From the IMG/VR virus record IMGVR_UViG_3300023296_001674: a DNA stretch of 64,000 nucleotides. One strand, written 5' to 3'. The notes beneath the pieces are model-generated. The model was not told the origin of the DNA, searched no databases, and saw only the letters and a program-made list of their open reading frames with translations. Both the position numbers and the translations under genes were made by a program. This DNA is from a virus. Of the stretch, positions 45,276 to 54,850 are shown in pieces (the first letter of the stretch is position 1; each line of letters starts with the position of its first letter).

Positions 45276-46064
45276 ATGAAGCAATTTACGAATAATATAT
45301 ACTTAGGCGATACTCTCGATATGATGAAACAGATTGATGACGAATCTATTGATCTGATTATCACCGATCCACCATACGGAATGGCTTATCACGGCAATAG
45401 ACGCAATGAAAAGGCTGATGCATGGGGAAATGTCGATAAAAAATTTGATCATATCGAAAATGATAGCGGCGAAGAGTTTGAAGCGTTATTGTTGAGTTAT
45501 ATCACGGAATGCCTACGTATAATGAAACCAGATACTGCAATGTATATGTTTTGTAGTTGGCACAAAGTTGGTTTCTTTCAAGCAGAACTTGAAAAGCATT
45601 TCACATTAAAGAATTTATTGGTGTGGAACAAAAATAATCATACAGTTGGTGATTTGTACGGCAGTTATGCACCAAAGCACGAACTTGTGTGGTTCTGCCA
45701 TAAAGGTCGCGTGACTATGCAAGATACCAAAAGACACACCGATGTATTAGATCACGATGATGAAACTATATTGAATGATATGGTTATAATGGATCATAAA
45801 AAAATACATGATCCAGTTCATCCAACAATGAAACCGATTGATATGTTACGAAAGTTTGTTAGAACATCAAGCAAAGAGAATGATTTGATATTTGATGGAT
45901 TTATGGGTAGCGGCTCAACTGCGGTTGCAGCAGCAAAAGAAGGTAGACAGTTTATGGGTGCAGAACTATCACCTGAATATCATAAAATAGCATCAGATAA
46001 AGCAAATGCAGCCATACAGGATAAGGAAGCAGAAGATGCTAGTAAAAGTTACCTTGAATGGTAA
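45276..46064 (+). CDS. beta-class DNA methyltransferase (N6-adenine or N4-cytosine), intact
   Basis: Motif IV DLIITDPPYG near the N-terminus. C-terminal HPTMKP...IFDGFMGSGSTAVAA (motif I FxGxG): circularly permuted beta-class order. Confidence 0.75.
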   Translation: MKQFTNNIYLGDTLDMMKQIDDESIDLIITDPPYGMAYHGNRRNEKADAWGNVDKKFDHIENDSGEEFEALLLSYITECLRIMKPDTAMYMFCSWHKVGFFQAELEKHFTLKNLLVWNKNNHTVGDLYGSYAPKHELVWFCHKGRVTMQDTKRHTDVLDHDDETILNDMVIMDHKKIHDPVHPTMKPIDMLRKFVRTSSKENDLIFDGFMGSGSTAVAAAKEGRQFMGAELSPEYHKIASDKANAAIQDKEAEDASKSYLEW

Positions 46065-46066
46065 AT

Positions 46067-46291
46067 TTAGCCCCAGCGTAGCTTAAAAGCCATCGCTGAT
46101 TCAAGATTAAAAAATAAAACACCAGTGGAACACATGCATGCACCACTGGTGTATCCATCTAAAATAAAATCTTCTTTTACTTTTAGATTTTCAAATAACC
46201 AATTATCTATAAATTTTTCAGATATCACTGTATCATATTCAAAATATAAATCACTTGTTCTTCTTATTTTATAAAATTCTTCTACAGCCAT
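46067..46291 (-). CDS. AFKLRW-family small protein
   Basis: DNWLFENLKV motif and C-terminal ESAMAFKLRWG-stop. First of five tandem minus-strand paralogues. Confidence 0.5.
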   Translation of the reverse strand: MAVEEFYKIRRTSDLYFEYDTVISEKFIDNWLFENLKVKEDFILDGYTSGACMCSTGVLFFNLESAMAFKLRWG

Positions 46292-46488
46292 CTCATTTTG
46301 AATCCCATTGAATCTTCTTCATCTAACAACCAGACCACCGATGATGGTGGTTTTCGGACATCGGCAGAATCACATATGGCATAACTGTCTTCATCGATAT
46401 TGTCGATCAGCCATAGTTTAACTTCATCCATTTCGTTGTTGGAAATATAGAATTTTGTGTTGTTTATTTGACGTATTTTCATATCCAT
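46282..46488 (-). CDS. AFKLRW-family small protein
   Basis: [10 protein letters not shown] motif and C-terminal [11 protein letters not shown]-stop. 10-nt overlap with neighbours. Confidence 0.5.
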   Translation of the reverse strand: MDMKIRQINNTKFYISNNEMDEVKLWLIDNIDEDSYAICDSADVRKPPSSVVWLLDEEDSMGFKMRWL

Positions 46489-46847
46489 CGTAATTTAAAT
46501 GCAACCACGTCGCTTTCATTATTGAATACAAATTTATACGTTAAATTATTTCGTTTGTCTTCAGTATAAGACCGGACGTAATATTCTTCAACGTTTTCTT
46601 TGAGCCACTCATTCATGTTATTTACCGTGACTTCATCATAGTTTTGCAACAACGCATAATATGATTGCTGTTCAACAATTTCAAATGATGGCTCCAATGA
46701 TTTAGACTGAACTGTGTGTATCGTTTCACTGCATATATCAACGCATTCATTGCAAATATATACATCTACACTAGCAATTAAATGTTTTACTTGCGATTGA
46801 TCTTTTTTACAAAATGAACATGTAGGTACTTTATTTTTTATAGCCAT
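46479..46847 (-). CDS. AFKLRW-family small protein with N-terminal CxxC zinc-ribbon extension
   Basis: [10 protein letters not shown] motif and C-terminal [11 protein letters not shown]-stop. N-terminal CSFCKK...CNECVDIC. Confidence 0.5.
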   Translation of the reverse strand: MAIKNKVPTCSFCKKDQSQVKHLIASVDVYICNECVDICSETIHTVQSKSLEPSFEIVEQQSYYALLQNYDEVTVNNMNEWLKENVEEYYVRSYTEDKRNNLTYKFVFNNESDVVAFKLRWI

Positions 46848-47188
46848 TTTAATTTAAACGCTGTAACGTCTTCCTTGCATGTAAAGGTGAATTCAACGGT
46901 ATTAGTGCCGTTGATCGAATAATTGGTTTTGTTTTCAAATATGTATACTATATCATTATCCACGCACCAATCATCTATTAAATCAACGCCGTCTGCAATC
47001 ATGGCTGAATATACGTCATACGTTACAATAAATTTATACTTAAAAAATTTTTCTACTTGAGAATGAAAGCCAACTATATCATTTAATAACGTAATATTTG
47101 TTGGATTGTTTATTTTTTTAGTATCGACATCAAAATCTTGTAATATTTCAAATAATACTGCTTTGCGTAATGTATCTATATCATTCAT
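46838..47188 (-). CDS. AFKLRW-family small protein
   Basis: [10 protein letters not shown] motif and C-terminal [11 protein letters not shown]-stop. Confidence 0.5.
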   Translation of the reverse strand: MNDIDTLRKAVLFEILQDFDVDTKKINNPTNITLLNDIVGFHSQVEKFFKYKFIVTYDVYSAMIADGVDLIDDWCVDNDIVYIFENKTNYSINGTNTVEFTFTCKEDVTAFKLKWL

Positions 47189-47207
47189 AATACTCGCCCA
47201 TTATTTA

Positions 47208-47555
47208 TTATATCCATCTTAATTTAAACGCCATCGCAGATTCTTTGTCATCATAAAACAACACTTCTATTTCTACCATTCCATTATCATCTTCGTCCCA
47301 ACCAGACCAATCCCAACGCCAATCACTAGTGCAATTTTCAAGCAACCAATCATGTTCTTCGTGATTGTTAAAATCCCATTCTTCACTAACTTTCGTTCCG
47401 TTTTTTTCACGACGTGGTGGATTTATTTTTGTCCCTGATATTTTAATATTAACTGTATTTTCGGATATGATCGATTTGTTATATGATGGCGTCGGTATAG
47501 ACGCTGTCGATACTTCTAATGTATATTTTCTACCACAATGAATATCGCCTTCCAT
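47208..47555 (-). CDS. AFKLRW-family small protein
   Basis: Listed ORF (to 47711) trimmed to internal ATG 47555 (MEGDIHCGRKY), which has SD AAGAGA and leaves room for the divergent promoter. HDWLLENCTSDW motif and C-terminal ESAMAFKLRWI-stop. Confidence 0.45.
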   Translation of the reverse strand: MEGDIHCGRKYTLEVSTASIPTPSYNKSIISENTVNIKISGTKINPPRREKNGTKVSEEWDFNNHEEHDWLLENCTSDWRWDWSGWDEDDNGMVEIEVLFYDDKESAMAFKLRWI

Positions 47556-47627
47556 GATTAATCTCTTTTTAATTGTTAATACTTTTTCAGTATAATACCA
47601 AATATATACTGATAATGTCAATATCTC

Positions 47628-47655
47628 TTGACATACATTAATGATGTGATATAGT
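47628..47655 (+). promoter_or_regulatory. sigma70-type promoter (TTGACA-N16-TATAGT)
   Basis: TTGACA at 47628-47633 and TATAGT at 47650-47655. SD AAAGGA; ATG at 47688. Confidence 0.45.
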
Positions 47656-47687
47656 GTTCTTATAACTGATCTTGAAAGGATTTTATA

Positions 47688-48431
47688 ATGGCTTATGTTC
47701 GCGCAGTTCAAAACATTTTAGATATGGAAATTGAAGATTTATATTTTGAAAGTGATGGAAAATATCACAAAAAAGGCGAGTTGAGGCGATTGGGTGCACG
47801 CACAAAATACGTCAAATTAAAGATTTTATTTTATAGTGCACAAGACAACATGGATGACGAATTGGCATCACAAGCAGAAAAAGCAGCAGATGAAATTAAA
47901 AATCCTTGTTACGTCGGCGATGAACGTCGCGAGGAAATTTTAGCAAAAATATCACACATCACAGAAGAAGAACGTGCTCAAGGTAAAACGAAACATGCCA
48001 CATTTTCAGTGGAGGATCGCAACTGGCGCACAAAAGGTGTTCATGGTATATTTCATAATGAATCTAATTCTATTGTTATTTTCAAAGAGAAACATGGTGA
48101 TTCATTGTATGATATGAGTTCTGCATTTAATGCTGCTAGCGCGTTTCTTACTGTGCTACGCGAACGATTGAATGATGGTTGGTATAACGATCAACTCGAG
48201 GATGAAGATCATGAATCCAACCAATTGGATTTATTGAAATCCAATGAAATTATATTAACCGAAGAACAGGAAGCTAGAAAAATTGTCGACATGGCTACCA
48301 ACCGTAAAATAACAGGAGATTTTATTCGTGCTGGAAAAGATGCGTATGAATTCTTGCAAGATCGTAGCGAATATGAATATGGTTGTTTTTCTATTGAGAC
48401 GCCATCGGTTGCTGATTTTACATTGACATAA
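47688..48431 (+). CDS. hypothetical protein
   Basis: 247 aa, no motifs recognised. Confidence 0.45.
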   Translation: MAYVRAVQNILDMEIEDLYFESDGKYHKKGELRRLGARTKYVKLKILFYSAQDNMDDELASQAEKAADEIKNPCYVGDERREEILAKISHITEEERAQGKTKHATFSVEDRNWRTKGVHGIFHNESNSIVIFKEKHGDSLYDMSSAFNAASAFLTVLRERLNDGWYNDQLEDEDHESNQLDLLKSNEIILTEEQEARKIVDMATNRKITGDFIRAGKDAYEFLQDRSEYEYGCFSIETPSVADFTLT

Positions 48432-48483
48432 TTGATTAATGTGTTATTATTCTATATGAAACATATAGAAAAGGATTATCGCT

Positions 48484-48879
48484 ATGGTACAAAAAATGAC
48501 ACGTGACGAATTTCAAAAAATGGTTGATGACGCGGCTGGTTATCAGTGCAAGAAAACTGATGGAGTGGTGACTGCACTTAAAATCGAATGGTCTGTTGGC
48601 GGTCAATCTGGTGGTAGTTGTTGGGATGAAGGAGACTCGACATATCATGGAACAAGCGGTGAAGCAGAGCCAGAGTTCGAAGACCTTGATAGTATCTTGC
48701 TGGCGGTTGCCCCACAACTCAGTTTTTTACATTATAAAAAATTAATGCAAAAAATTGAAACCGACGATTACCGTCAAAACGATTACTATGGAAACTACAC
48801 CGATTACGCAACAAAAACAATCACAGTCGATGATATTTGGGTGTTTTTGATTGAGTATGACATGATTGAACAAGCATGA
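48484..48879 (+). CDS. hypothetical protein
   Basis: 131 aa, SD AAAAGGA. Preceded by 7-bp hairpin CTATATG-AAA-CATATAG (48452-48468) in the 5' UTR. Confidence 0.4.
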   Translation: MVQKMTRDEFQKMVDDAAGYQCKKTDGVVTALKIEWSVGGQSGGSCWDEGDSTYHGTSGEAEPEFEDLDSILLAVAPQLSFLHYKKLMQKIETDDYRQNDYYGNYTDYATKTITVDDIWVFLIEYDMIEQA

Positions 48880-49256
48880 CGCATATATTTTTAATAATCG
48901 GTTTGCCCGGTAGTGGTAAAACACACTTAGCAAACCGATTAAAAAATACTTGTGGTTTAATCATAGATGATATTGTATCATTAGATCAGTTGCCTGATGA
49001 CGGTAATATCATCATCACTGATGTAAATTTATGCGATAATGGCATCTACCATAAAGCATGTGATAAGTTAAAAGAAAAATATGACAATGATGTTAACATA
49101 CATTCAATATTTTTTCAAAACAATTCTTATGCTGCACGATGCAATGTTGAATATAGAAACGACGGACGCGATGTTGAAGGAACTATTCGGAGGTTTGAGA
49201 AGATTTATAAACCGCCTATTAATGCAAGGAAAATATGGAATGGTGTTAACGGTTAA
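48876..49256 (+). CDS. small P-loop kinase (polynucleotide/nucleoside kinase-like)
   Basis: Walker A IFLIIGLPGSGKTHLANRL resembles the T4 Pnk kinase N-terminus IILTIGCPGSGKSTWAREF. A downstream DD could serve as Walker B. Only 126 aa. Confidence 0.45.
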   Translation: MTHIFLIIGLPGSGKTHLANRLKNTCGLIIDDIVSLDQLPDDGNIIITDVNLCDNGIYHKACDKLKEKYDNDVNIHSIFFQNNSYAARCNVEYRNDGRDVEGTIRRFEKIYKPPINARKIWNGVNG

Positions 49257-49371
49257 TCAGTTCTATGATTATTTGATAATTGTAATATATTTTCCGCTAA
49301 TTTTTGCATTGACATTATCTATTTTTACTGTTAAAGTGTATTATTATTTATCATAAAAAGGATTAATTATA

Positions 49372-50673
49372 ATGACACATATATCGTTATATAATAGCAT
49401 GTCGAGAGAAAAAGAAAAATTCAAACCAATAGACGATTCTCGCGTAACTATGTATTATTGCGGTATCACCCCTTATGATAAACCACATCTTGGTAACGTA
49501 AGAGCGAGTATCACTGGTGATATGATATATAGACTGTTGCGGGTTTTTTATAAATCAGAAAATGTCATATATGCTAGAAATATTACTGACATAGATGATA
49601 AAATCGAAGCAAAAAGCCAAGAAACAGGAAGGTCTGCGATTGATATAACGAATGAAACTATTCAATGGTTTCATGAAACTATGAAAGTATTACATGTATT
49701 GCCACCGGATTTGGAGCCAAGGGTTTCTGATAATGAAGAATCTATGATGGATATGATTAACATATTACTTGATAAAAATATCGCATATAAATCAAATAAT
49801 GGTGACATTTATTTTGAATTAGATAAATTTCCAGAACACGGAAAATTATGCCGCCACAGTCGCGAAGATTTAAATATAAATGAAGAACATTCTTCAGAAA
49901 AAAAACATCCACAAGATTTTGTTTTATGGAAAGAAAATCATCAACGATTTGGTTGGCATATTGAATGTTCCGCGATGATTAAAAAGCATTTGGGTGACAC
50001 TATCGATATTCATGGTGGTGGTGGTGATTTACGTTTCCCACATCATGAGAATGAAATAGCTCAAAGTGAAACTGCTAATGGTGTCCCATTGGCTAATTAC
50101 TGGATGCATAACGGTATGATTACAGTGAACGGAAAGAAAATGGCTAAATCTACTGGAAGCTTTATTACAGTCGATGAAGCACTAGATCGTGTTCCCGGCG
50201 AAGCGATACGATTTTACATGCTTAAGACGCATTACCGTAAACCGTTTGATTGGTCGTGGGATGGTTTGATGGAAGCCAAGTCTGAACTTGATGGGTTATA
50301 TAGAAAGATGCAGAAACGCACTTATGTTAAAATGGGTGGCGTGTCAGTACAAGTATTATATGCGTTGGCTGATGATTTGAATACACCATTGGTGATATCA
50401 GAATTATACAAAGAAGCGGATAAGGAAATATCTTCTTTATTGGATTCGGCGCAGCTATTGGGTATACTGAATCATACACCAGAAGAATGGTTTCATGGCA
50501 CAACGAAAGATTCATTACTTGATGCATCGTCAATCGAGGCACTTATTGAAGTACGGAAACTATTGAAAGAAAATGGCGACTATGAATCTGCGGATATAAC
50601 AAGAGATATATTATTAGGACAAGGCATTATACTTGAAGATAAACCAGATGGGACAACTTGGCGAAAAATATGA
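49372..50673 (+). CDS. cysS: cysteinyl-tRNA synthetase
   Basis: Collinear with E. coli CysRS: YYCGITPYDKPHLGNVR (HIGH-type motif reads HLGN), NITDIDDKI, WHIECSAM, IHGGGGDLRFPHHENEIAQS, KMAKSTG (KMSKS), C-terminal ILEDKPDGTTWRK. Zn-ligand Cys/His positions are conserved. Confidence 0.85.
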   Translation: MTHISLYNSMSREKEKFKPIDDSRVTMYYCGITPYDKPHLGNVRASITGDMIYRLLRVFYKSENVIYARNITDIDDKIEAKSQETGRSAIDITNETIQWFHETMKVLHVLPPDLEPRVSDNEESMMDMINILLDKNIAYKSNNGDIYFELDKFPEHGKLCRHSREDLNINEEHSSEKKHPQDFVLWKENHQRFGWHIECSAMIKKHLGDTIDIHGGGGDLRFPHHENEIAQSETANGVPLANYWMHNGMITVNGKKMAKSTGSFITVDEALDRVPGEAIRFYMLKTHYRKPFDWSWDGLMEAKSELDGLYRKMQKRTYVKMGGVSVQVLYALADDLNTPLVISELYKEADKEISSLLDSAQLLGILNHTPEEWFHGTTKDSLLDASSIEALIEVRKLLKENGDYESADITRDILLGQGIILEDKPDGTTWRKI

Positions 50674-50921
50674 TTATAACACAACAAACTAATAGTCTAG
50701 ATGAGTGTAGATATGTATGTTTGGACGACAATCAAAATCTTACAGAATTAATGGATTTACTATATTGGCTGTCTGAAAATTGTTATAGAGTGCCAGGATT
50801 GGAATGGGTGTTTAGACGATTGGATCGATATAATCAAATAATTATCACATTTGGTTTTAATTCATTAAGTGATTGTTATAATGATGAATATCATATGGCA
50901 TTCAAGTTAAAATGGTTGTAG
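50658..50921 (+). CDS. AFKLRW-family small protein
   Basis: LYWLSENCYR motif and C-terminal YHMAFKLKWL-stop. Overlaps the cysS 3' end by 16 nt. Confidence 0.5.
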   Translation: MAKNMIITQQTNSLDECRYVCLDDNQNLTELMDLLYWLSENCYRVPGLEWVFRRLDRYNQIIITFGFNSLSDCYNDEYHMAFKLKWL

Positions 50922-51005
50922 TATAATGTAAATAATAGATAGACAATTACTTAATAAAGTGTTATATTTAAAGAACATAATATTTTAAAATAGGAAGAGT
51001 TATAT

Positions 51006-52060
51006 ATGTTATATAATGACGATTGTTTAGTCGCAATGAAAAAATTAATTGAAGAAAATACACAAGTGGATTCTATTGTAACCGATCCGCCATATCATCT
51101 AACCAACACAAATGATGAAAATAAAGGTTTCATGGGTAAACAATGGGATGGTGGCGATATTGCGTTTAATGTTGAAACATGGAAACTCGCATACGATCTT
51201 TTAAAACATGGTGGTCATTTAATAGCGTTTAGTGCATCAAGAACATATCATCATATGGTGGTAGCCATTGAAAATGCGGGATTTGAAATACGTGATCAAC
51301 TTATGTGGCTTTATAGTTCAGGTTTTCCTAAAGGACATAATATATCTAAAGGATTAGAAAAAACCGGTGCAACACCTGTTGACATTGAAACATGGGAGGG
51401 ATGGAATACGGTGTTAAAGCCAGCACATGAACCAATAGTTTTAGCCAGAAAGCCATTAGAACCTGACTCGACTATTGCGCAAAACGTGTTGAAACATGAC
51501 ACAGGTGGTTTGAATATAGCCGACTGTAGCGTGGGCGATGAAAAAAGATTCAATCCAAGTGCAAGTAGCAATAAAATTTATGGTCAATTTGAAGGATCAG
51601 AAAAAGATGGTAGAGATTCTACAGGTAGATATCCAACAAACGTAATTCATGATGGATCAGATGATGTCAATGACGCTTTTCAAAAATATGCCCAATCGGG
51701 TGAAAATCCTATTCGTTTTTTTATGGGTCTAAAACATCTGAAACTGAACGCAATCATGGATCAGCAAATATTAAAAATACACACCCAACTGTTAAACCAC
51801 AAGATTTGATGCGTTATTTATGTCGTCTTATTACGCCTAAAAATGGAATAGTGTTTGATCCATTTATGGGTTCTGGATCAACCGGAATAGCTGCTAAAAC
51901 TGAGGGTTTTGATTTTATTGGCATTGAACGCGAATTAGAATATTTTGAAATATCTAAAAAACGAATAGAAACTGCATATCATGTTCCTAACAAAAAAGTA
52001 GTGTTGTCTACAGACAACAATGATTCTGTGCCAGACCTTGATGATATATTCAAAGAATAA
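51006..52060 (+). CDS. beta-class DNA methyltransferase interrupted by a frameshift at a T7 run (51716-51722); two ORFs 51006-51809 and 51806-52060
   Basis: ORF1 carries IVTDPPYHL (motif IV). Frame +2 downstream encodes THPTVKPQDLMRYLCRLITP...VFDPFMGSGSTG (HPTxKP + FxGxG). A -1 slip on U_UUU_UUU, or one extra T, fuses them into a ~351-aa MTase. Confidence 0.65.
51716..51722 (+). promoter_or_regulatory. slippery homopolymer U7 (X_XXY_YYZ-type heptamer) at the methyltransferase frameshift point
   Basis: TTTTTTT in the zero frame as cgT TTT TTT atg. A -1 shift here enters the frame encoding the MTase C-terminal motifs. Confidence 0.4.
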
Positions 52061-52080
52061 ATGTAATAGATTTAAATAAA

Positions 52081-52329
52081 ATGTGTAATCCATATATAAA
52101 AATATTTGAATATATCATGGATACACAATATTCAGAGATATATAAATGGTTGCGCAATCACGGCGAAGATGGTATAGATTGGTGCATAGAAGACTACAAT
52201 CAACAATATGTAATCAATGGTATGGATAATAACGTGAGTGTGGAATGTGATATGGTTGTAAAAATATATAATATTGATGTAGCGGCAGTTTTTGAAATGG
52301 AGCAAGTTGGTGGGCATAATGGAAAATAA
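52081..52329 (+). CDS. hypothetical small protein, possible degenerate AFKLRW-family member
   Basis: YKWLRNHGEDGIDWCIEDY (W..N/WC.E-like) and C-terminal DVAAVFEMEQVGGHNGK, which lacks the K-L-R-W end. Confidence 0.3.
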   Translation: MCNPYIKIFEYIMDTQYSEIYKWLRNHGEDGIDWCIEDYNQQYVINGMDNNVSVECDMVVKIYNIDVAAVFEMEQVGGHNGK

Positions 52330-52540
52330 AAATAGACATATATCAGAAACAGGGCGTCATATTCTTGAAACACATCCATATGTAGTTGAGAATATTGATG
52401 ACAGCGATTGTTTTGTTGATATCATATATTGGACACGGGCGGTGTTTGGTGGTAAGGAAGAACGGGTAATAACATGTTGGAATAATTATTATTTTAGACA
52501 TGAAGTCGATTGTTTTAATTTTAAAATGAGGTGGTTGTAA
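52292..52540 (+). CDS. AFKLRW-family small protein
   Basis: C-terminal VDCFNFKMRWL-stop. Overlaps the dephospho-CoA-kinase-like gene start. Confidence 0.45.
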   Translation: MKWSKLVGIMENKNRHISETGRHILETHPYVVENIDDSDCFVDIIYWTRAVFGGKEERVITCWNNYYFRHEVDCFNFKMRWL

Positions 52541-53133
52541 TGATTATAGGATTGACTGGTGGAATGGCATGTGGTAAATCGACATGTTCTAATATGATTA
52601 AGAAAATGGGAATTCAAGTGTTTGATGCTGATGCAGAAGCACACAAGTTGCTTGAGAGAGATGTGCGTGTTATTCGTGATATACAAGATCAACTACCACA
52701 GGCGGTGGACACAATTGATAGTAAAGAATTTATTAGTCGTGATAAATTATCGAAATTAATGCTAAATGATGATTCAGTTATTGAAATAGTCACTGAAGCA
52801 ATAACTATTCCATTAAAATATGCTTTACTCCGATTTATTGAACGCAATCGAGATAATAGATTCGCCGTTGTGGATGCGCCGATGTTATTTGAGTATAAGT
52901 GGGATACATATTGTGAAAAAATAATCACAGTTGATGCACCGAGAGATCGACAAGAATTGCGAATAATGAAAAGACATGGTATGACTGAATTAAAAATGAT
53001 GATATTACTTGATTTGCAGATGACATCAGAAGAACGAAATTTAAAATCAGATTATGTCATAGATAATGGATCGAGTTTATATAATACCAATGAACAAATA
53101 GTAAATATATTCTTGACATTGCAGCAAATATAA
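52531..53133 (+). CDS. coaE: dephospho-CoA kinase (CoaE)-like P-loop kinase
   Basis: N-terminal MIIGLTGGMACGKST matches the CoaE signature IGLTGGIGSGKST. Length (200 aa) and downstream DAD/DAP segments fit. Confidence 0.65.
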   Translation: MVVMIIGLTGGMACGKSTCSNMIKKMGIQVFDADAEAHKLLERDVRVIRDIQDQLPQAVDTIDSKEFISRDKLSKLMLNDDSVIEIVTEAITIPLKYALLRFIERNRDNRFAVVDAPMLFEYKWDTYCEKIITVDAPRDRQELRIMKRHGMTELKMMILLDLQMTSEERNLKSDYVIDNGSSLYNTNEQIVNIFLTLQQI

Positions 53134-53141
53134 AGTAAAAT
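53113..53141 (+). promoter_or_regulatory. sigma70-type promoter (TTGACA-N17-TAAAAT) inside the coaE 3' end
   Basis: TTGACA at 53113-53118 and TAAAAT at 53136-53141. SD GGAG; ATG at 53168. Confidence 0.4.
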
Positions 53142-53167
53142 ATATTTTTAATCAATGGAGTATAAGA

Positions 53168-53329
53168 ATGGCAAAAAGTTCAAGAGGGCGCGGAAAAGGA
53201 TCAACTGGAACCCGTAGCAAATCAAAACATAATAGCAAACGCGGTAAAGGCGTATTGAAAAAGGCAGCACGTCGTGTGACACGAACTAATTGTGTCCGCC
53301 GACCATGTCGTCAAGCAAGAAAGACATAA
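53168..53329 (+). CDS. very basic 53-aa protein (K/R/G/S-rich); missed by the 60-aa cutoff
   Basis: MAKSSRGRGKGSTGTRSKSKHNSKRGKGVLKKAARRVTRTNCVRRPCRQARKT. SD GGAG 7 nt upstream. Nucleic-acid-binding or ribosomal-protein-like composition. Confidence 0.45.
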   Translation: MAKSSRGRGKGSTGTRSKSKHNSKRGKGVLKKAARRVTRTNCVRRPCRQARKT

Positions 53330-53333
53330 TACA

Positions 53334-53936
53334 ATGCAGTTTCCATTCATCAAATCAAATGTAACATTGGGGCTATTCATGAAAAATGAATATGTCAAAG
53401 TGAAATCACGATATACCAAATTATATGAACTTGCGAGACATTATTGGTTTGAATTGGTTTGTTTATCTATTTTAATGATGGTTATTATATCAAGTATGGA
53501 TAAAACATATACGCCAGTGGTTATAACACCAGTAGGTGTGGAAACAACATCAAACACTATCGCCGTTCAACCATCAAATACATACATTGATTTAAATTCA
53601 ATTGTGCGATATAAATCGACGATGATGGACAATGAAACTGTTGGTGATATAGAACGGCACGATCTTATTAATGCGCATGAAAACAAGTTTGTTGGTCAAC
53701 GTATAATTCACACTGGCAAACTTGATATAATAGATACAAAATATGATCATTATGCATTATATATATCAACCGCCAGTATATATGATGACGCGAAGTGTAA
53801 AATTGATATAGATGATAAAAAAATAATATATACACTACGCGAGGACGCAATTGTAACTATAAAAGGGTCAATTGAAGAAATCACGTTCAATTATAATATT
53901 GCAGATTGCGTTGTTGTGATGCCTGATGAAAAATAA
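53334..53936 (+). CDS. membrane protein (single TM)
   Basis: Listed ORF 53292-53936 trimmed to ATG 53334, after the basic ORF stop. TM segment HYWFELVCLSILMMVIISS. Confidence 0.4.
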   Translation: MQFPFIKSNVTLGLFMKNEYVKVKSRYTKLYELARHYWFELVCLSILMMVIISSMDKTYTPVVITPVGVETTSNTIAVQPSNTYIDLNSIVRYKSTMMDNETVGDIERHDLINAHENKFVGQRIIHTGKLDIIDTKYDHYALYISTASIYDDAKCKIDIDDKKIIYTLREDAIVTIKGSIEEITFNYNIADCVVVMPDEK

Positions 53937-54190
53937 TGAGTGATGAAAAATCTATATTTCATGACGTTGAAGAATCCAACACCGACGTGGGAATTGAGTA
54001 TACACTTTGGGGAAGTTATGATATAATCATCGAAGTTATGAATTGGCTACATGAACATTATCCATCGACGTGGGGAATTGAATGGACTGTCGATCATCAT
54101 AATAGACACGACGCGATAAACGTTGTATTCAATTTAAAAGAATGCAATACTGATGCAGCACTTATGGGGTTTAAATTGAGATGGTTGTAA
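53936..54190 (+). CDS. AFKLRW-family small protein
   Basis: MNWLHEHYPSTWGIEW motif and C-terminal AALMGFKLRWL-stop. ATGA overlap upstream. Confidence 0.5.
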   Translation: MSDEKSIFHDVEESNTDVGIEYTLWGSYDIIIEVMNWLHEHYPSTWGIEWTVDHHNRHDAINVVFNLKECNTDAALMGFKLRWL

Positions 54191-54570
54191 AAAATTTTAT
54201 AGCATTGCCACACGATCCGTATTTTTCTAATGTAGTAATAACTAATAGAGAGCCGGATAAAATGAGAGTGTATATACAACATAAAGGAGCAACGCCGTAT
54301 AATAATCAATCACATACAACATTATCTATATTGGCTACATCTGTTTATGTAATAGAATTAAACACCATGCCAATAGCAAAATATGTTTTTATAATGTTGT
54401 ATCATTCAGATGTCATATTGATAAAAAATTTTGTTAAACAAAACAACCTTGCTTGTTCGTTTTCAACGGGAAAAATTATAAAGGATCGAAATAATAATAA
54501 AAAGACTGGTTATCTATGTTCTACTAATGATGAAACCGCCGCAATGGCTATTAAAATGATGTGGAGTTGA
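54181..54570 (+). CDS. AFKLRW-family small protein (divergent end ...AMAIKMMWS)
   Basis: C-terminal ETAAMAIKMMWS-stop. 10-nt overlap with the upstream paralogue. Confidence 0.45.
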   Translation: MVVKNFIALPHDPYFSNVVITNREPDKMRVYIQHKGATPYNNQSHTTLSILATSVYVIELNTMPIAKYVFIMLYHSDVILIKNFVKQNNLACSFSTGKIIKDRNNNKKTGYLCSTNDETAAMAIKMMWS

Positions 54571-54573
54571 ATA

Positions 54574-54849
54574 ATGAAAATTAACTGCGTGGAAAAAATG
54601 GATCATAAACCGGCATATGAAACTGTTGATGTTTGTAATGACGGAATACAGGTACATATAATAAAACAGTGCCCGGCAAAATATACATGTTTGTTTCCTA
54701 CTAGAAATGAGGCAATTATTTTTATTCGTGAATTGAAAAAAATACCAAGTATTGATTATCAACAGTATCATTTGGGTGATAGAAATCTATTGGAAGTTAA
54801 TATTCATTCGAAAGACGCATTATTTTTGTTTTCATTGAGATGGTTATAA
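54574..54849 (+). CDS. AFKLRW-related small protein, SLRW subfamily
   Basis: C-terminal KDALFLFSLRWL-stop. First of three tandem SLRW-type paralogues. Confidence 0.45.
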   Translation: MKINCVEKMDHKPAYETVDVCNDGIQVHIIKQCPAKYTCLFPTRNEAIIFIRELKKIPSIDYQQYHLGDRNLLEVNIHSKDALFLFSLRWL

Positions 54850-54850
54850 T

